DNA of 64,000 bases from positions 25,110,001 to 25,174,000 of the forward strand of contig NC_043022.1 in the NCBI RefSeq assembly GCF_006345805.1, in the 5' to 3' direction. Of the stretch, positions 51,484 to 64,000 are shown in pieces (the stretch's first letter is position 1; each line of letters starts with the position of its first letter). This DNA comes from Octopus sinensis (Eukaryota). Under the pieces are notes generated by a model that saw only the letters and a list, made by a program, of their open reading frames with translations, made no database searches and was not told the origin of the DNA. Position numbers and translations under genes: made by a program.

Positions 51484-51928
51484 ATTTATTTCATTTTAGC
51501 CATTTGACTGCGGCCATGCTGGAGCACCGCCTGTTTTAGTCGAGCAAATCGACCCCCGGGACTTATTCTTTTTGTAAGCCCAGTACTTATTCTATCGGTC
51601 TCTTTTTGCCGAACCGCTAAGTGATGGGGACGTAAACACACCAGCATCGGTTGTCAAGCAATGCTAGGGGGACAAACATATATATATATATATATATATA
51701 TAAAGAAGGCTGGCAGAAACGTTAGCACGCCGGGTGAAATGCGTAGCGGTATTTCGTCTGCCGTTACGTTCTGAGTTCAAATTCCGCCGAGGTCGACTTT
51801 GCCTTTCATCCTTCCGGGGTCGATAAATTAAGTACCAGTTACGCACTGGGGTCGATGTAATCGACTTAATCCGTTTGTCTGTCCTTGTTTGTCTCCTCTG
51901 TGTTTAGCCCCTTGTGGGTAGAAAAGAA

Positions 51929-51962
<34 letters not shown>

Positions 51963-52116
51963 CGACAGGCTTCTTTCAGTTTCCGTCTACCAAATCCACT
52001 CACAAGGCATTGGTCGGCTCGGGCCTATAGCAGAAGACACTTGCCGAAGATGCCACGCAGTGGGACTGAACCCGGAACCATGTGGTTGGTTAGCAAGCTA
52101 CTTACCACACAGCCAC
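51484..52116 (-). mobile_element. SINE family A interrupted in its central (TA)n by a family B copy
   Basis: Tail half 51484-51700 and head half 51931-52116 are collinear around the insert. Confidence 0.85.
51703..51930 (+). mobile_element. SINE family B, nested in a family A copy
   Basis: Complete head to tail, with (TA)n on both sides. Confidence 0.85.
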
Positions 52117-53878
52117 GATTAATTATATACGATTCCCAACGTTCCGCGTTCAAATCTCACTAAGCTTAACTTTGTTTCTTTCTCATCCCTCTAAACGTAA
52201 TCTTTTGTGTTCAGTCACTGGACTACGGCCATGCTGGAACATCGTTTTAAAGGTTTTAATGAAACAAATCGAACCCCCAGCACTTATTTTTTAAAACCTG
52301 GTGTTTGTTTAATGTATCGGTTCTTTTGCCGAACAGTTAGATGACGTGGACGTATACAAAACAACACCGGTTATCAAGCGGTGGGCTGGGGAAGAAACAC
52401 ACGTACATAATACACACACGACGAGCCTTGACACTGTTTCTGTCCACCAAATGCAACCACAAAGCCCAGGGCTATAGTAGAAAGCAATTGTCTGAGGTAC
52501 TACTCAGAGGAGTTGAACTCGAAAACTCGTAGTTGCAAAGCGAGTTTCTTAACTAAAAACCTAATGTCTAAAAGAATCACTTTTATATTCGAATATATTC
52601 GTACTAACGGCGAACTAAAGACGGCCTCGAAGTGGTCACTCGGCCCGCTAGAAATAACTGCCAAATCTCTTTCAAATCATACCGAGCTGTGTTAAACAGG
52701 AAGAAATTATATTGGGGTGCTATAATTTTTAAATATACAACTGACAGAAACTAAAATGCGATGGCCACGGTTTGGATTCATTTGAGCATAACAGAGCAAG
52801 CAAGGTTAGTCACATATGAATAAGTATCACACGCGCACACAAACTAAACACATACACACATATTTATGCACATGCTTCAGAAAAAGAAATTATCAATGTT
52901 TTTAATAATATGAAAGTCGCCAGTACACATTTTCATTTCCTTCAATTAGCGCAGTGGTAAGGATATTAATCCAGACGAACTGAAGACATCCTGTAGTCAT
53001 GGTTAATCACGCTTAAATTAAAATTGTATTCGTAATTCTAAAATGTATTGTAAATTACTCTCTTGGCCAAGTCAGTGCGATGTATGCGAAAGATTTGAAA
53101 TAAGGACACCTACGTTCTCTTCGCTCGACGGAGACCTCCCAGTGGTAATGCTACCTTCCACGCAGCCCGACCCGAACACTAGAAATAGCAGCTGCTTTTC
53201 CCCTACCTTAACGAGCTCACGCGTCTGACTCCCTCGGTTTCCTCGATCGAAAGGCCCAATGCTGCCCTGCCTGGCGCGCGTCACTACTGCCCTTTCCTCT
53301 TCCGGTCAGCCCCCAAGTTCCCGTCAGCTCCCCAGCTGCTGACGTCATCCCACAGTCAATTTGACACTTCCCGTACAATCCTGTTTCCTTTTCTTTCTTT
53401 GCAAGGGTTGTATGTTAAAATTTCGAATGGAGAGAAAAGAGGGTGCCAGAAAATTATCGGAAGTCGCAAGCTACTACACATTTAGCTCAAAAGAGATGAC
53501 GAGCGGTTACAGCAAGATCGACCACTGAGTATGGTAGAAACATCTGGCCCAGATGTCGCAACAAAGCTCGTATTTAGATGCAGGACCCACGGGTGTAACC
53601 AGCATTGATAGGTGGCCCCAGATAGCTCCGATGTCGCGGTGGAAGGTGCCGAAAAACATACGGAGCTGTCTCACTCGCTGATGAATCATTGATACCTGCA
53701 TTCCGAGACAAAGTACAGCAGCGCCTTCATCACACAAGAGTTTACCTTAAATATTTTAATTAGCTACCACGGCCATAATTGATGATTAGGAAAACTGATT
53801 TTTTTAATGTTCACAATGAGTGTAATAGTTTTAATTAAACGTTACCGTCATAAATAAAAATAAAATAAAAATTGGATA

Positions 53879-54273
53879 AAGGTGCAGGAGTGGCTGTGTG
53901 GTAAGTAGCTTGCTAACCAACCACATGGTTCCGGGTTCAGTCCCATTGCGTGGCATCTTGGGCAAGTGTCTTCTGCTATAGCCCCGGGCCAACCAATGCC
54001 TTGTGAGTGGATTTGGTAGACGGAAACTGTCGTATATATGTATATATATGTATGTGTGTGTTTGTGTGTCTGTGTTTGTTCCCCTAGCATTGCTTGACAA
54101 CCGATGCTGGTGTGTTTACGTCCCCATCATTTAGCGGTTCGGCAAAAGAGACTGATAGGATAAGTAAGTACTGGGCTTACAAAGAATAAGTCCCGGAGTC
54201 GATTTGCTCGACTAAAAAAGGCGGTGCTCCAGCATGGCCGCAGTCAAATGACTGAAACAAGTAAAAAAGAGTA
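53879..54273 (+). mobile_element. SINE family A, full-length
   Basis: Same architecture as the 23200 copy. Confidence 0.9.
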
Positions 54274-54649
54274 AGTCCTGGTTATACAACGTTTTAGAAG
54301 AGAAAAAGGACATGATAGTCACAGATGGAGCGCTTCATATAATGGGTCAGACCTGAGGCTAAAACAGCAAAGACAACAACAAAAGCAATAATATATAACA
54401 ATCACCTAAGTTTTGTGTAAGACGGCGAATAACTTTTTGATCAGATATCCGGTTTAAGCGAACATTATGGCGTATCTAGAAAGACCAAAATAACTGCGGT
54501 TGCAGAAAACCGCATTAAACTAATCATGAACGATAAGACACAGTTCAGCAAAAACATTTCATTGAAGAATAAACAAACAGAGAATCCAGCTTCTCATTTA
54601 TTTACTAACTAATTTTGTTAAAACCACGATAACAAAGCGGAGGAAGAGA

Positions 54650-54695
<46 letters not shown>

Positions 54696-54759
54696 AATGA
54701 TAAAAATAATAATAATGATGATGATAAAAATAATAATAATGATGATAATAATAATAATG

Positions 54760-54805
<46 letters not shown>

Positions 54806-55025
54806 TGATGATGATAATACTAATAATAATAATAATGACAATAATGATAAAAATAATAATAATAATGATGATGATAATAATAATAAGAAGACGAAGAAGA
54901 ATAAAAATAAGAAGAAGAAAAAGAAGAAGAAGAAAAGAAGAAGAGGAAGAAGAAGAAGAAAATAATAATAATAATAATGATAATAATAATGATGATAATA
55001 ATAATGATAATAATGATAATAATAA
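54650..55025. repeat. (AAT)n/(GAT)/(GAA) compound microsatellite
   Basis: Direct reading. Confidence 0.95.
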
Positions 55026-55519
55026 ACGAATAACAGAAAGACACCATTGCGAGTTTAAAGATCAAATGTTGCAACAACGGAGTTGAGAGGAAGACAGCAG
55101 GGATACAAGAACGATGGTGGTGGTATGGTGGGGATAGTGAAGTGGTGGTGGTGGTCGTGGTTGGGAAACGAACTAATGTAGAATCGATAGAATTTTATAA
55201 ATTGAGTTTTTATTTTTGTTGTTGTTTTTTTATTATCATGGGTGAAAAGTCACAGATTTCTTAAAGAGAAAGGAAATGAGAATGTACGACTCACCTGTCT
55301 TTTTAAGAGCATTAGTGGTTGCGAGTTTAAATGAAACAGAACTTTAGAATCGAAAAGTTCAAACGAACTCGGTCTTGTCTGAATCACTCGAATCTTATTT
55401 CCTCTGTCACGTTCAATAAAAACGCCATTTTCTTTATTCGGTTTTTGCGCTATTGGAAACGCCGTTCAACAAGGCTGGTCTTCTACATAAGCAGGTCTCA
55501 GCCTGGGGCTCACGGCTCC

Positions 55520-55878
55520 CTTAGACGCCGTGGTGATCTAATTCTCGCTCACAACATCATAAGCGGAAAGTGTAACCTCTCGAAAGAGCTGTTCTTCACT
55601 CCAGCTCCGGAGCGTCGGCTGCGGGGTCACTCCGAAAAGCTCTATCTGCGACGATTTCATCTCAATCGAAGGAGAGGGGCTTTCTCCGTCCGGGTTGCGG
55701 TCCGTGGAATAAGATGCCGGACGAGATAGTGAAGATGCCGACGACCGCTCGGTTCAAAGTCTCTCTTGACCATAAATGGCCTGAACTCTTTGCATGAATA
55801 CCCTCCCTGTACATAACTCCATGTCCCCCTACATGGCCTTGCTTTTTGCTTTTTGAACCAAAAAATTAACTTAACTTA
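55520..55878 (+). mobile_element. CR1/L2-clade LINE 3' end (frameshifted ORF2 C-terminus plus 3' UTR)
   Basis: LRRRGDLILAHNIISGKCNLSKELFFTPAPERRLRGHSEKLYLRRFHLNRRRGAFSVRVA, then frameshift to WNKMPDEIVKMPTTARFKVSLDHKWPELFA* (stop 55795-97). Matches the CR1/L2 pattern RGDLI...RGH..KL...F..RV...WN.LP...FK..LD..W; short ttaac-repeat tail. Confidence 0.85.
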
Positions 55879-56354
55879 TATGCGTAGAACTGGGGGTGGG
55901 GTGGCGCGAGCTGAGTCCGAAGTATCTTTTATAGATTTTTTCACGTGTTTTCGTCATTGGAACCGCGGTCATGCTGGAGCACAGCTATGAAGAGTTCTAG
56001 TCGAAGAAATCAACTACAAAAATGGTCCCTTACGGCCTAGTACTTATTTTATCAGCCGTTCAACAAGGCTGGTCTTCTACATAAGCAGGTCTCAGCCTGG
56101 GGCTCACGGCTCCCTTAAATTTCATAAGCGTAGAACTGGGGGACGAGGGGGTCGCGAGGTGAGCCCGAAATATCTTTCATAGATTATTTCACATGTTTTC
56201 GTCATTGGAACCGCGGTCATGCTGGAGCACAGCTATGAAGCGTTCTAGACGAACAAATCAACTACAAAAATGGTCCCTTAAGGTCTAGTACTTATTTTAT
56301 AGAGCTCATCTTAACAGGGACGTAAACAAACCAAGAGCGGTTGTCAAGCAGAGA

Positions 56355-56583
56355 GTGACAAAGCCGGCTCCTTGAAATACAGGTACAACAGAAACAGGAA
56401 GTAAGAGTGAGAGAAAGTTGTGGTGAAAGAGTACAGCAGGGATCACCACCATCCCTGCCGGAGCCTCGTGGAGCTTTTTAGGTGTTTTCGCTCAATAAAC
56501 ACTCACAACACCCTGTCTGGGAATCGAAACCGCGATCCTATGACGCGAGTCTGCTGCCCTAACCACTGGGCCATTGCGCCTCC
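56355..56583 (-). mobile_element. SINE family E, tRNA-derived 5' part
   Basis: Reverse complement: ggaggcgcaatggcccagtggttagggcagc...ggtttcgattcccaga (A and B boxes) followed by a non-tRNA body; no acceptor stem. Single copy in the window. Confidence 0.7.
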
Positions 56584-56724
56584 TAAAGGCCGAGACCACA
56601 CAAGTGCGAAACAAACTTCTTTTCACAGTCACAGCTCTGCATCAAGCAGCCAAACTATGAACGAGTCAGCTGTTGCAACACACACCACACATACATACAC
56701 ACGTGTATATAGTGTATATGCACA

Positions 56725-56769
<45 letters not shown>

Positions 56770-56785
56770 ATATATATATATATAT

Positions 56786-56830
<45 letters not shown>

Positions 56831-57178
56831 ATAGATATATATATATATATATATATATATTCTCTACGGTGGGGGAGATGGGCGTTTGATGAAATTCCGA
56901 CACTTTTTTCCATGATTCTTCCCCTAAAGCAGCGCTAACCACGAATTCAACCACATGCAGAACTGAAACAACGAAAGCAAAGAATCGAGCCCCTAGGAGG
57001 AAACAACATGAGAGAGAGAGGAGAGAGAGAGAGAGAGACGGTGAGAAAGGAAGTGGGTGAAAGAATTTGGTGTAACAATCGCAAGAATGGTTTCTGTGAG
57101 TTGAAAAACTGTATATTTATAAATTGTGGTGACTTCATACAGGAAAAAGCATAAACACATGCACAGTGACACACGAAC

Positions 57179-57214
<36 letters not shown>

Positions 57215-57249
57215 TATATATATATACATACAACACACATATGTGTGTA

Positions 57250-57329
<80 letters not shown>

Positions 57330-57979
57330 TACAATTATATGGAAATAAGATATCTGAGCACAAGACACTGGAAAAGAGGGAGAGAGTGTTCTCTATGTTT
57401 ATCCACGTCGATTCCCTCCAAGAATGAAAAAGAAAAGCACATTTTTGCATAAATAACAAAACCACGATCATCATTAATAATAATAATAATAATAATAAAT
57501 AATAATAATGTTAAATAATAATTAAAATTGACAAGCGGTTCGCTTATAACAAAATTCTTAGTGGCGCAAGAATTGAAGGGCTCGTTCCTTCCATTCAACC
57601 CCCACCCCCGCTAATTCCACCCCATCCCTGCTAACGGCCTACTCCACCCACCCCCCGCATCTCATTCTGTCCCAACCATCACTATCACTAGTACTTTCTT
57701 TCTCCAACTCCCTCTGTCTCTCTCTCTCTCTCTCACCACACACACACACACTCTCCTCTCTTTTCTCTCTTGTCGTTTTTTGTTGACCCACCCGCTCCAC
57801 TTAGCCTTGCCCACCACCACCACCACCGCGAGGCACACACACACACACACACACACACACTGTGTTTCCGATGATGACGCATAGCTGTGAGACGCAAGAT
57901 GACAGATTCATGAGACGAAATTGTCAACCAGTTGAGACAGAAACAAACAAGGAATAAGACGACCCCCCGTCCCACCCCA

Positions 57980-58251
57980 ATAATAATAATAATAATAATA
58001 ATAATGATAATAATAATAATAATAATGATAATAATAATAGTAATAATGATAATAATAATAATAATAATGATAATAATAATAATAATAATGATAATAATAA
58101 TAATAATAATGATAATAATAATAATAATGATGATAATAATGATAATAATAATAATGATAATAATACTAATGATAATAATAACTAATAATAATAATAATAA
58201 TAATGATAAATAATATGATATAATAATGATAATATAATAATAATAATAATG

Positions 58252-58335
<84 letters not shown>
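57980..58335. repeat. (AAT)n/(GAT) compound microsatellite
   Basis: Direct reading. Confidence 0.95.
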
Positions 58336-59415
58336 GAGCGATGAACAAAATGGGACAAGGTGAAAGGAGGCGATGGGGTAAGAGGCGGTAAGTGAAAGAG
58401 ATAGAACGGAAAGTAAGAATGAATGAAGTAGGGGGGAGGGTTAAGCGTAAAAAGAAAGGATGAAATGTAAGGGACAAACATAAAAAGCAGATAAGGGGGG
58501 AGAGTATGTAAGAAAGACGAATGGAATACGAGACGGAAGCGATGTAAAAATCAGGAGAGAAATGGAGAGAGTTGAAATGGAGAGTGGTGGTGGTGGGGTG
58601 GGGGGATAACGAAAAAAAGGGGTTGGTTGAGTGGGGGCAGGAAGCTTCTTTGGTGGAAGAAAGAGCGGCGGTGGGGAACGAGAACGAAATCAAATTCGAA
58701 TGAATGAAAAATTGAAGAGAAAAAAGTAAAGGAAGAAGAGAGGGGGAAAAAAAGGGGAATGAGGAAAAGAGGAGGAAAGGAAGAAAAAGAGGGGGAAAAA
58801 GGGGAATGAGGAAAAGAGGAGGAAAGGAAGAAAAAGAGGAAAGTAAAAGGAGAACGAAAATGGGGAGGGGGAGAAGAATGAAAAGAAAGAGAATGAAAAT
58901 GGGGAGGAGGAGGAGAATGAAAAGGGGAAGGAGGAGGATAAGAATGAAAAGAAAGAGAATGAAAAAGGGAAGGAGGAGAATGAAAAGGAGAACAAGAAGA
59001 AGAAGCAAGGTTCATGAGAAAAAAAGATGAGGATGGCGCCTGAAGGGGATGTCGTAAAGAGGAAGGACGAAGAAGAGTTAGGGTGGTGGCGCAAGAAGGA
59101 GAAAAAAAAGGATCCCTCACCGCTTCCTCCCTGTCCCTTCCGAAAACATAAACACAAACATGTCACCACCAACCCCCTTCTTTACCCCCCCCCAAACATC
59201 ATCCCCCCCATCCCGTCAGAAGCAAAGAGACACGGGCATTTCTTCTCGTGCCATACTTTCGGTAAGGAAAGAATTAATCGTATACTCAGACAGTCAAACC
59301 ATAATTGATTAAATTTGATACCAAACAAATACCTTAAATGGCACTCATGGGGAGGAAGATGGGAGTGGGGTTAATATGAGTGAGAAATGAGAAGTGAGAA
59401 GGGAAAATGAGTGAA

Positions 59416-59468
<53 letters not shown>

Positions 59469-59536
59469 GTGGTGAGATGGCTGAGAAGAAATATACGAGT
59501 GAGATGCTAGAGAGATGAGTGAAGAAGAAACAGACA

Positions 59537-59962
59537 TAGGCGCAGGAGTGGCTGTGTGGTAAGTAGCTTGCTCACCAACCACATGGTTCCGGGTTCAGTC
59601 CCACTGCGTGGCACCTTGGGCAAGTGTCTTCTACTATAGCCTCGGGCCGACTAAAGCCTTGTGAGTGGATTTGGTAGACGGAAACTGAAAGAAGCCCGTT
59701 GTATATATGCATATATATATATGTGTATGTAAGGGTGTGTATATGTTTGTGCATCTGTGTTTGTCCCCCCTCCCAAACATCGCATGACAACCGATGCTGG
59801 TGTGTTTATGTCCCCGTAACTTAGCGGTTCGGCAAAAGAGACCGATAGAATAAGTACTAGGCTTACAAAGAATGAGTTCTGGGGTCGATCTGCTCGACTA
59901 AAAAAGGCGGTGCCCCAGCATGGCCACAGTCAAATGACTGAAACAAGTAAAAGAGTAAAAGA
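59537..59962 (+). mobile_element. SINE family A, full-length
   Basis: Same architecture as the 23200 copy. Confidence 0.9.
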
Positions 59963-60897
59963 GAGAGAGAGAGAGAGAGAGATGGGGAGGCGACATGGGT
60001 GAGAAGAGAGGTCTGAGTGAGAAATCAGAGAGATGAGTGAGAAGCTGGAGAGATGAGTGGAGAAGAGAACTGAAGTCAACAAAGGTAAAAGAGTTTGAGT
60101 GGAGCTTGGTAGAGTGAGAGGTGGGGGGGGGAGAAGTATCGAAGAAAAAGGGAGAGTGACAGTGAGAAGGGATGTGTGAGAATCTAGAGAGATGAGTGAA
60201 GAGGGACAGATAGAGGAAGCTGGCCACAGGAACAGTGTGTGATAGAATGAGAGGGAGAGAGAGAAAAAAGAGAGAACGAGAAGTATTGGACAGAGAGAGA
60301 GAGAGAGAGAGAGAGAGTAACGAATGACGGATAGAGAGAGAGAGAGAGTGGTGGTTGATGGAAAGAGATAGCGGCAGATGACAGAGAGAAAGAGAGAGAG
60401 AAAGTGAGTGAGAAGCCAGACGTGAGTGACAGCATTGGGTGGAGAGAGGAGAGAGAGAGATAGGTCAAAAAGAGATGGGGTAGAGGTAGTATAGAGAGGG
60501 AGAGAGAGAGAGAGAGAGTGTGTGTGTGCGTGTGTGCGTGTGCGTGTGCGTGCGTGTGCGTGTGCGTGTGTGTTGTGTGTGTGTGTGGTGTAAGAGAGAT
60601 GTAAAAAAGAGAGAAGAGCGAGAGAAGTGATTGATGGAATAGAAGACTAGATTGATTGATGAACGAAATAGGAGAGAATGACGAAAGAGAAAATGAATGA
60701 TTGATGAAGGAGGAAAAAGTGAACTGTCAACGAAACAGAAAGAGAAAGAGAGAGAGAGAGAGAGAAAGAGAGGGAAGCTTTGGAAGAAAGAAAATAGAAG
60801 TGGAGAGAGTGAAAAAGAAAGATAATTGACTGATAGAAAGAATGATGGGAAAAAAAAAGAATAAGATCCGACAGAGGAATTGAAAAGTGCGTATGTG

Positions 60898-60937
<40 letters not shown>

Positions 60938-60939
60938 TG

Positions 60940-60976
60940 TGTGTGTGTGTATGTGTGAGCCAGTGTGAGAGAGAGA

Positions 60977-61007
<31 letters not shown>

Positions 61008-61170
61008 GCAGTGTGCGTGAGAGGGAGAGAGAGTGTGTGTGTTTGTGTGTGTGTGAGGCAGTGTGCGTGAGAGAGAGAGAGTGTGTGTGTGTATGTGTGA
61101 GGCAGTGTGCGTGAGAGAGAGAAAGAGTGTGTGTGTGTATGTGTGAGGCAGTGTGCGTGAGAGAGAGAGG
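60940..61170. repeat. GT/GA-derived minisatellite, about 45-bp unit
   Basis: gtgtgaggcagtgtgcgtgagag repeated 4-5 times. Confidence 0.8.
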
Positions 61171-61960
61171 GAGCTCTCAGAATCGTGTATGACAGTGAAA
61201 AATAGGGAGAGAGAGGAGAGGAGAGGAGTGAGAGGGAAGAACAATAACAGCCTATAACAGTTTTCCAAGCCAAGTCTAAAAACATCTTTGCTTTGGTTAT
61301 TGTTCTTTACTGCTGTCCAGGGGCTATAATTCTTCGCTCACAGCAACCGTCACACCACAACAAAGCAATATTCTCCAGCACCCATTTACACCACCACCGC
61401 CACCACCACCACCATCACCAACATCGCCTTCGATGCCACCACCGCCACCACAATCATCAATAACGCCTTCGATGCCATCACCACCGTACAACAACAACGA
61501 CAACGACAACAATAAACGCCAACACTAACGTATAGATATCGGCCAGACCCTTACCCAAGACACTCCATTCCCAGTTCAGAAATCCAACCAATATTATTCT
61601 TCACCGAGATTTTTCTAAAGCCCTTCTCCAAGACTGACATTTTTGTCCATACCTCATTCTAGCATCGGCTTCCCGTCACAACCAACTCGCCGCCACAAAC
61701 TCCCATACTGTAAGTAGTATGCAAACGCGCGTGTGTTTGTATGTGTGTGTGTATGTGTGTGCAGACATATACATATATACAGACAGGCGTACACATACAC
61801 ACATGTACAGGAATACGCGAAATACCTTTGTGTCGGTGGCGATGGAAATATAATGGCACATGGTCAGGGGAAGTTGAAAGAAAGAAAGAAAGAGAAGGAA
61901 CATCAGTTGGACAGATGAGGTTTATTGGCCAGACCTGGACTAAGATCGCGAGGAACGAAT

Positions 61961-61997
<37 letters not shown>

Positions 61998-62177
61998 CAT
62001 ACAAACATACATACATACATATACACAGACATACATATATGTATATATATACAAACATACATATATACATACATATATAAGCGTACATATATACATAAAT
62101 ACAGATACATACCTATATAATATACACGTATACATACATTTATATATCTATACATATATATATATACATACACATAC

Positions 62178-62227
<50 letters not shown>

Positions 62228-62284
62228 ATGCGCATATATATGTATACGTGTGTGTATAAATATATCTAAATGCATGTGTGTGTT

Positions 62285-62340
<56 letters not shown>

Positions 62341-63852
62341 GGTAAGCAGGCAAAGAATATGGACATAGCTGAAGAAGTGAAGTGAAAAGAAGAAAATAAG
62401 GATAAGAAATGACAAGAGGTAAAATGATAATGAAGGACTTTCTAAAAGGGAGAGAGAGAGAGAGGGAGGGAGGAAGAGAGAGAGAGGGAGGGAGGGAGAG
62501 AGAGAGAGAGAAAGAGAGAGAAGAGTGATGAGAGTGCGATGGAGCGAGGTATATGATGATGGTAGGGGTGGTGGTGGTGCTGACGATTGGTTGACTGGTT
62601 TGGTTTCAAGGGGAAAAAAAGATGAAAAAAAATAAACAACAAAAAAATTCCAAACACAAACGACAGCAAAAATAAACCCCGGGAGAAGATAAAATAAGGC
62701 AAAGAAGTTAATTTTTGTAATTTATGTAGGTGATAACTTATCAAATAGACTGTACGGCTCTATAATTGCAGTGCTAAATACTTTTAAACTGTCTCTCGCC
62801 AACAACCGAGGAAGCACTAACGCATGCAAACATGGACAACACATATATCTTTTTAACTGTCATATTGCCATAAATATAGCGAAATCACCAGCCGGCTACT
62901 GATCCAATTTCTTCCTGCGTATTACTCATACTAAGATAGACTCCAAGATCTCTTACGCATACTGTGAGCATGTATGTGTGCAATATTTGAGGCATATATC
63001 TTAGGTACTGTACAGTACAGTACTTAATTATATCAAAGGGAAATGGAATTTAATTAAAATTTACATTTCCAGTGGTCTAACGTGGTCTGCGACTGAGCAG
63101 TAAAATTTGAAAAGTTAGTTCGTATAAACACGAGACAAGTAGTTTTGTTTATCTCGTGTGTATATGTTTAACCCTAGGTTGCACCTGCTGAGGAAGATCA
63201 GACCTTTTGAGTTCTCCTTGACTCGCTAAAAGAAGATTAGAAACCAATTGGTCCAGGAAACTAGATGGTAAATGTTTTTCATTTCCAAATTTATTCCTGT
63301 CGAATTTTATCCCTAATTTTTGTGGTTATAGAACCTAGCTGTTCTTTCTAGCGTGTATAAATCCCTATAAGTGGATTCCTTATGTGTTTATGTACTGTAC
63401 ATGTAGGGCGGAGCAAAAGTCCCTTGCCATTTTAAAACTTATATTAAAAAGAAAAAGAAAAAAAAAGACTTGAAAAATAAGATCAAAGAAATTTTCCTCT
63501 CAAATATATAAATCTGAAATCCTTGTTTTAATTTTCAAGCTAAGAATAAGGCAATTTAGGTCGAAATATCGGCGAGATAAAGGATTTAGTAGCTTAATTT
63601 GGGGAAACAAATTGTAACGTGTTCATACTTTGTTTTACTGTGTGTGTGTGTGTGTGTGTGCGTGCGTGTGTGTGTATGTGCGTGTGTGTGCTCTCCTTCA
63701 ACGAGCACATAGAAGTGAGAGACCTCGGATTGACTTATCAGCCCCCTATACATAAACGGACTTTTTTTTCGTTTGTTTGTGTATGATCAAATGTGTATGC
63801 ATACACTCCATATATTCCTACAGATGTCTATGGAAGGAAACATACGCGCATT

Positions 63853-63886
<34 letters not shown>

Positions 63887-64000
63887 TAAACATACGTATA
63901 TAAACATGCTTGAACTTCAAACACTATTTACTCCATTCCTATCCGGCCCCTTATTCAATCCCTTAACAACACATTGTCCCCAGCTGGCATCTAATAAACA

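Noticed and set aside
55295-55449. Open minus-strand 155-nt segment ending at a strong donor (CAG|gtgagtc), peptide QKPNKENGVFIERDRGNKIRVIQTRPSSFELFDSKVLFHLNSQPLMLLKRQ
   Set aside because: No resemblance to any Eph domain, a weak polypyrimidine tract, and a phase-0 end that cannot join the phase-1 Cys-rich exon directly. RNA-seq could rescue it.
18-62744. Most ORFs in the supplied track (poly-IY, HT, V, D/M, L/S, E/R)
   Set aside because: They are translations of (TA)n, (CA)n, (GTA)n, (GAT)n, (GA)n and similar repeats, with no domain signatures or splice support.
63135-63172. Short hairpin acacgaga...tctcgtgt
   Set aside because: An 8-bp stem is expected by chance in 64 kb.
63398-63640. Tc1/mariner-like MITE
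   Set aside because: Each end resembles a Tc1-type terminus, but the two ends are not convincingly complementary and there is no clear TA TSD.

Overview
AT-rich, repeat-dense eukaryotic DNA, most likely an octopus (inferred from the SINE families and microsatellite load; not provable from the window). The only supportable protein-coding content is three minus-strand exons of an Eph receptor tyrosine kinase: 25673-25828 (Cys-rich/EGF-like), 11588-11768 and 10483-10607 (together the first fibronectin-III domain). All have canonical AG/GT sites and phases that join in frame. No flanking Eph exons were found, so the rest of the window is read as Eph intron. The introns hold at least five SINE-like families, fragments of RTE, CR1/L2 and R4/Dong LINEs, two mariner transposase remnants, MITE-like foldbacks, Penelope-like termini with hammerhead-ribozyme-like motifs, microsatellites, microsatellite-derived minisatellites and one 100-N gap. 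Nearly all ORFs in the supplied track are translations of simple repeats. Most interesting: (i) a 128-bp foldback of two inverted hammerhead-like motifs about 110 nt upstream of an Eph splice acceptor; (ii) a non-coding (TAA)n-targeted element next to a Dong/R4 remnant; (iii) a 418-bp MITE with 29-bp TIRs and an 8-bp TSD; (iv) head-to-tail SINE multimers sharing one junction at distant loci. SINE family labels A-E are my own. All alignments and folds were done by eye.
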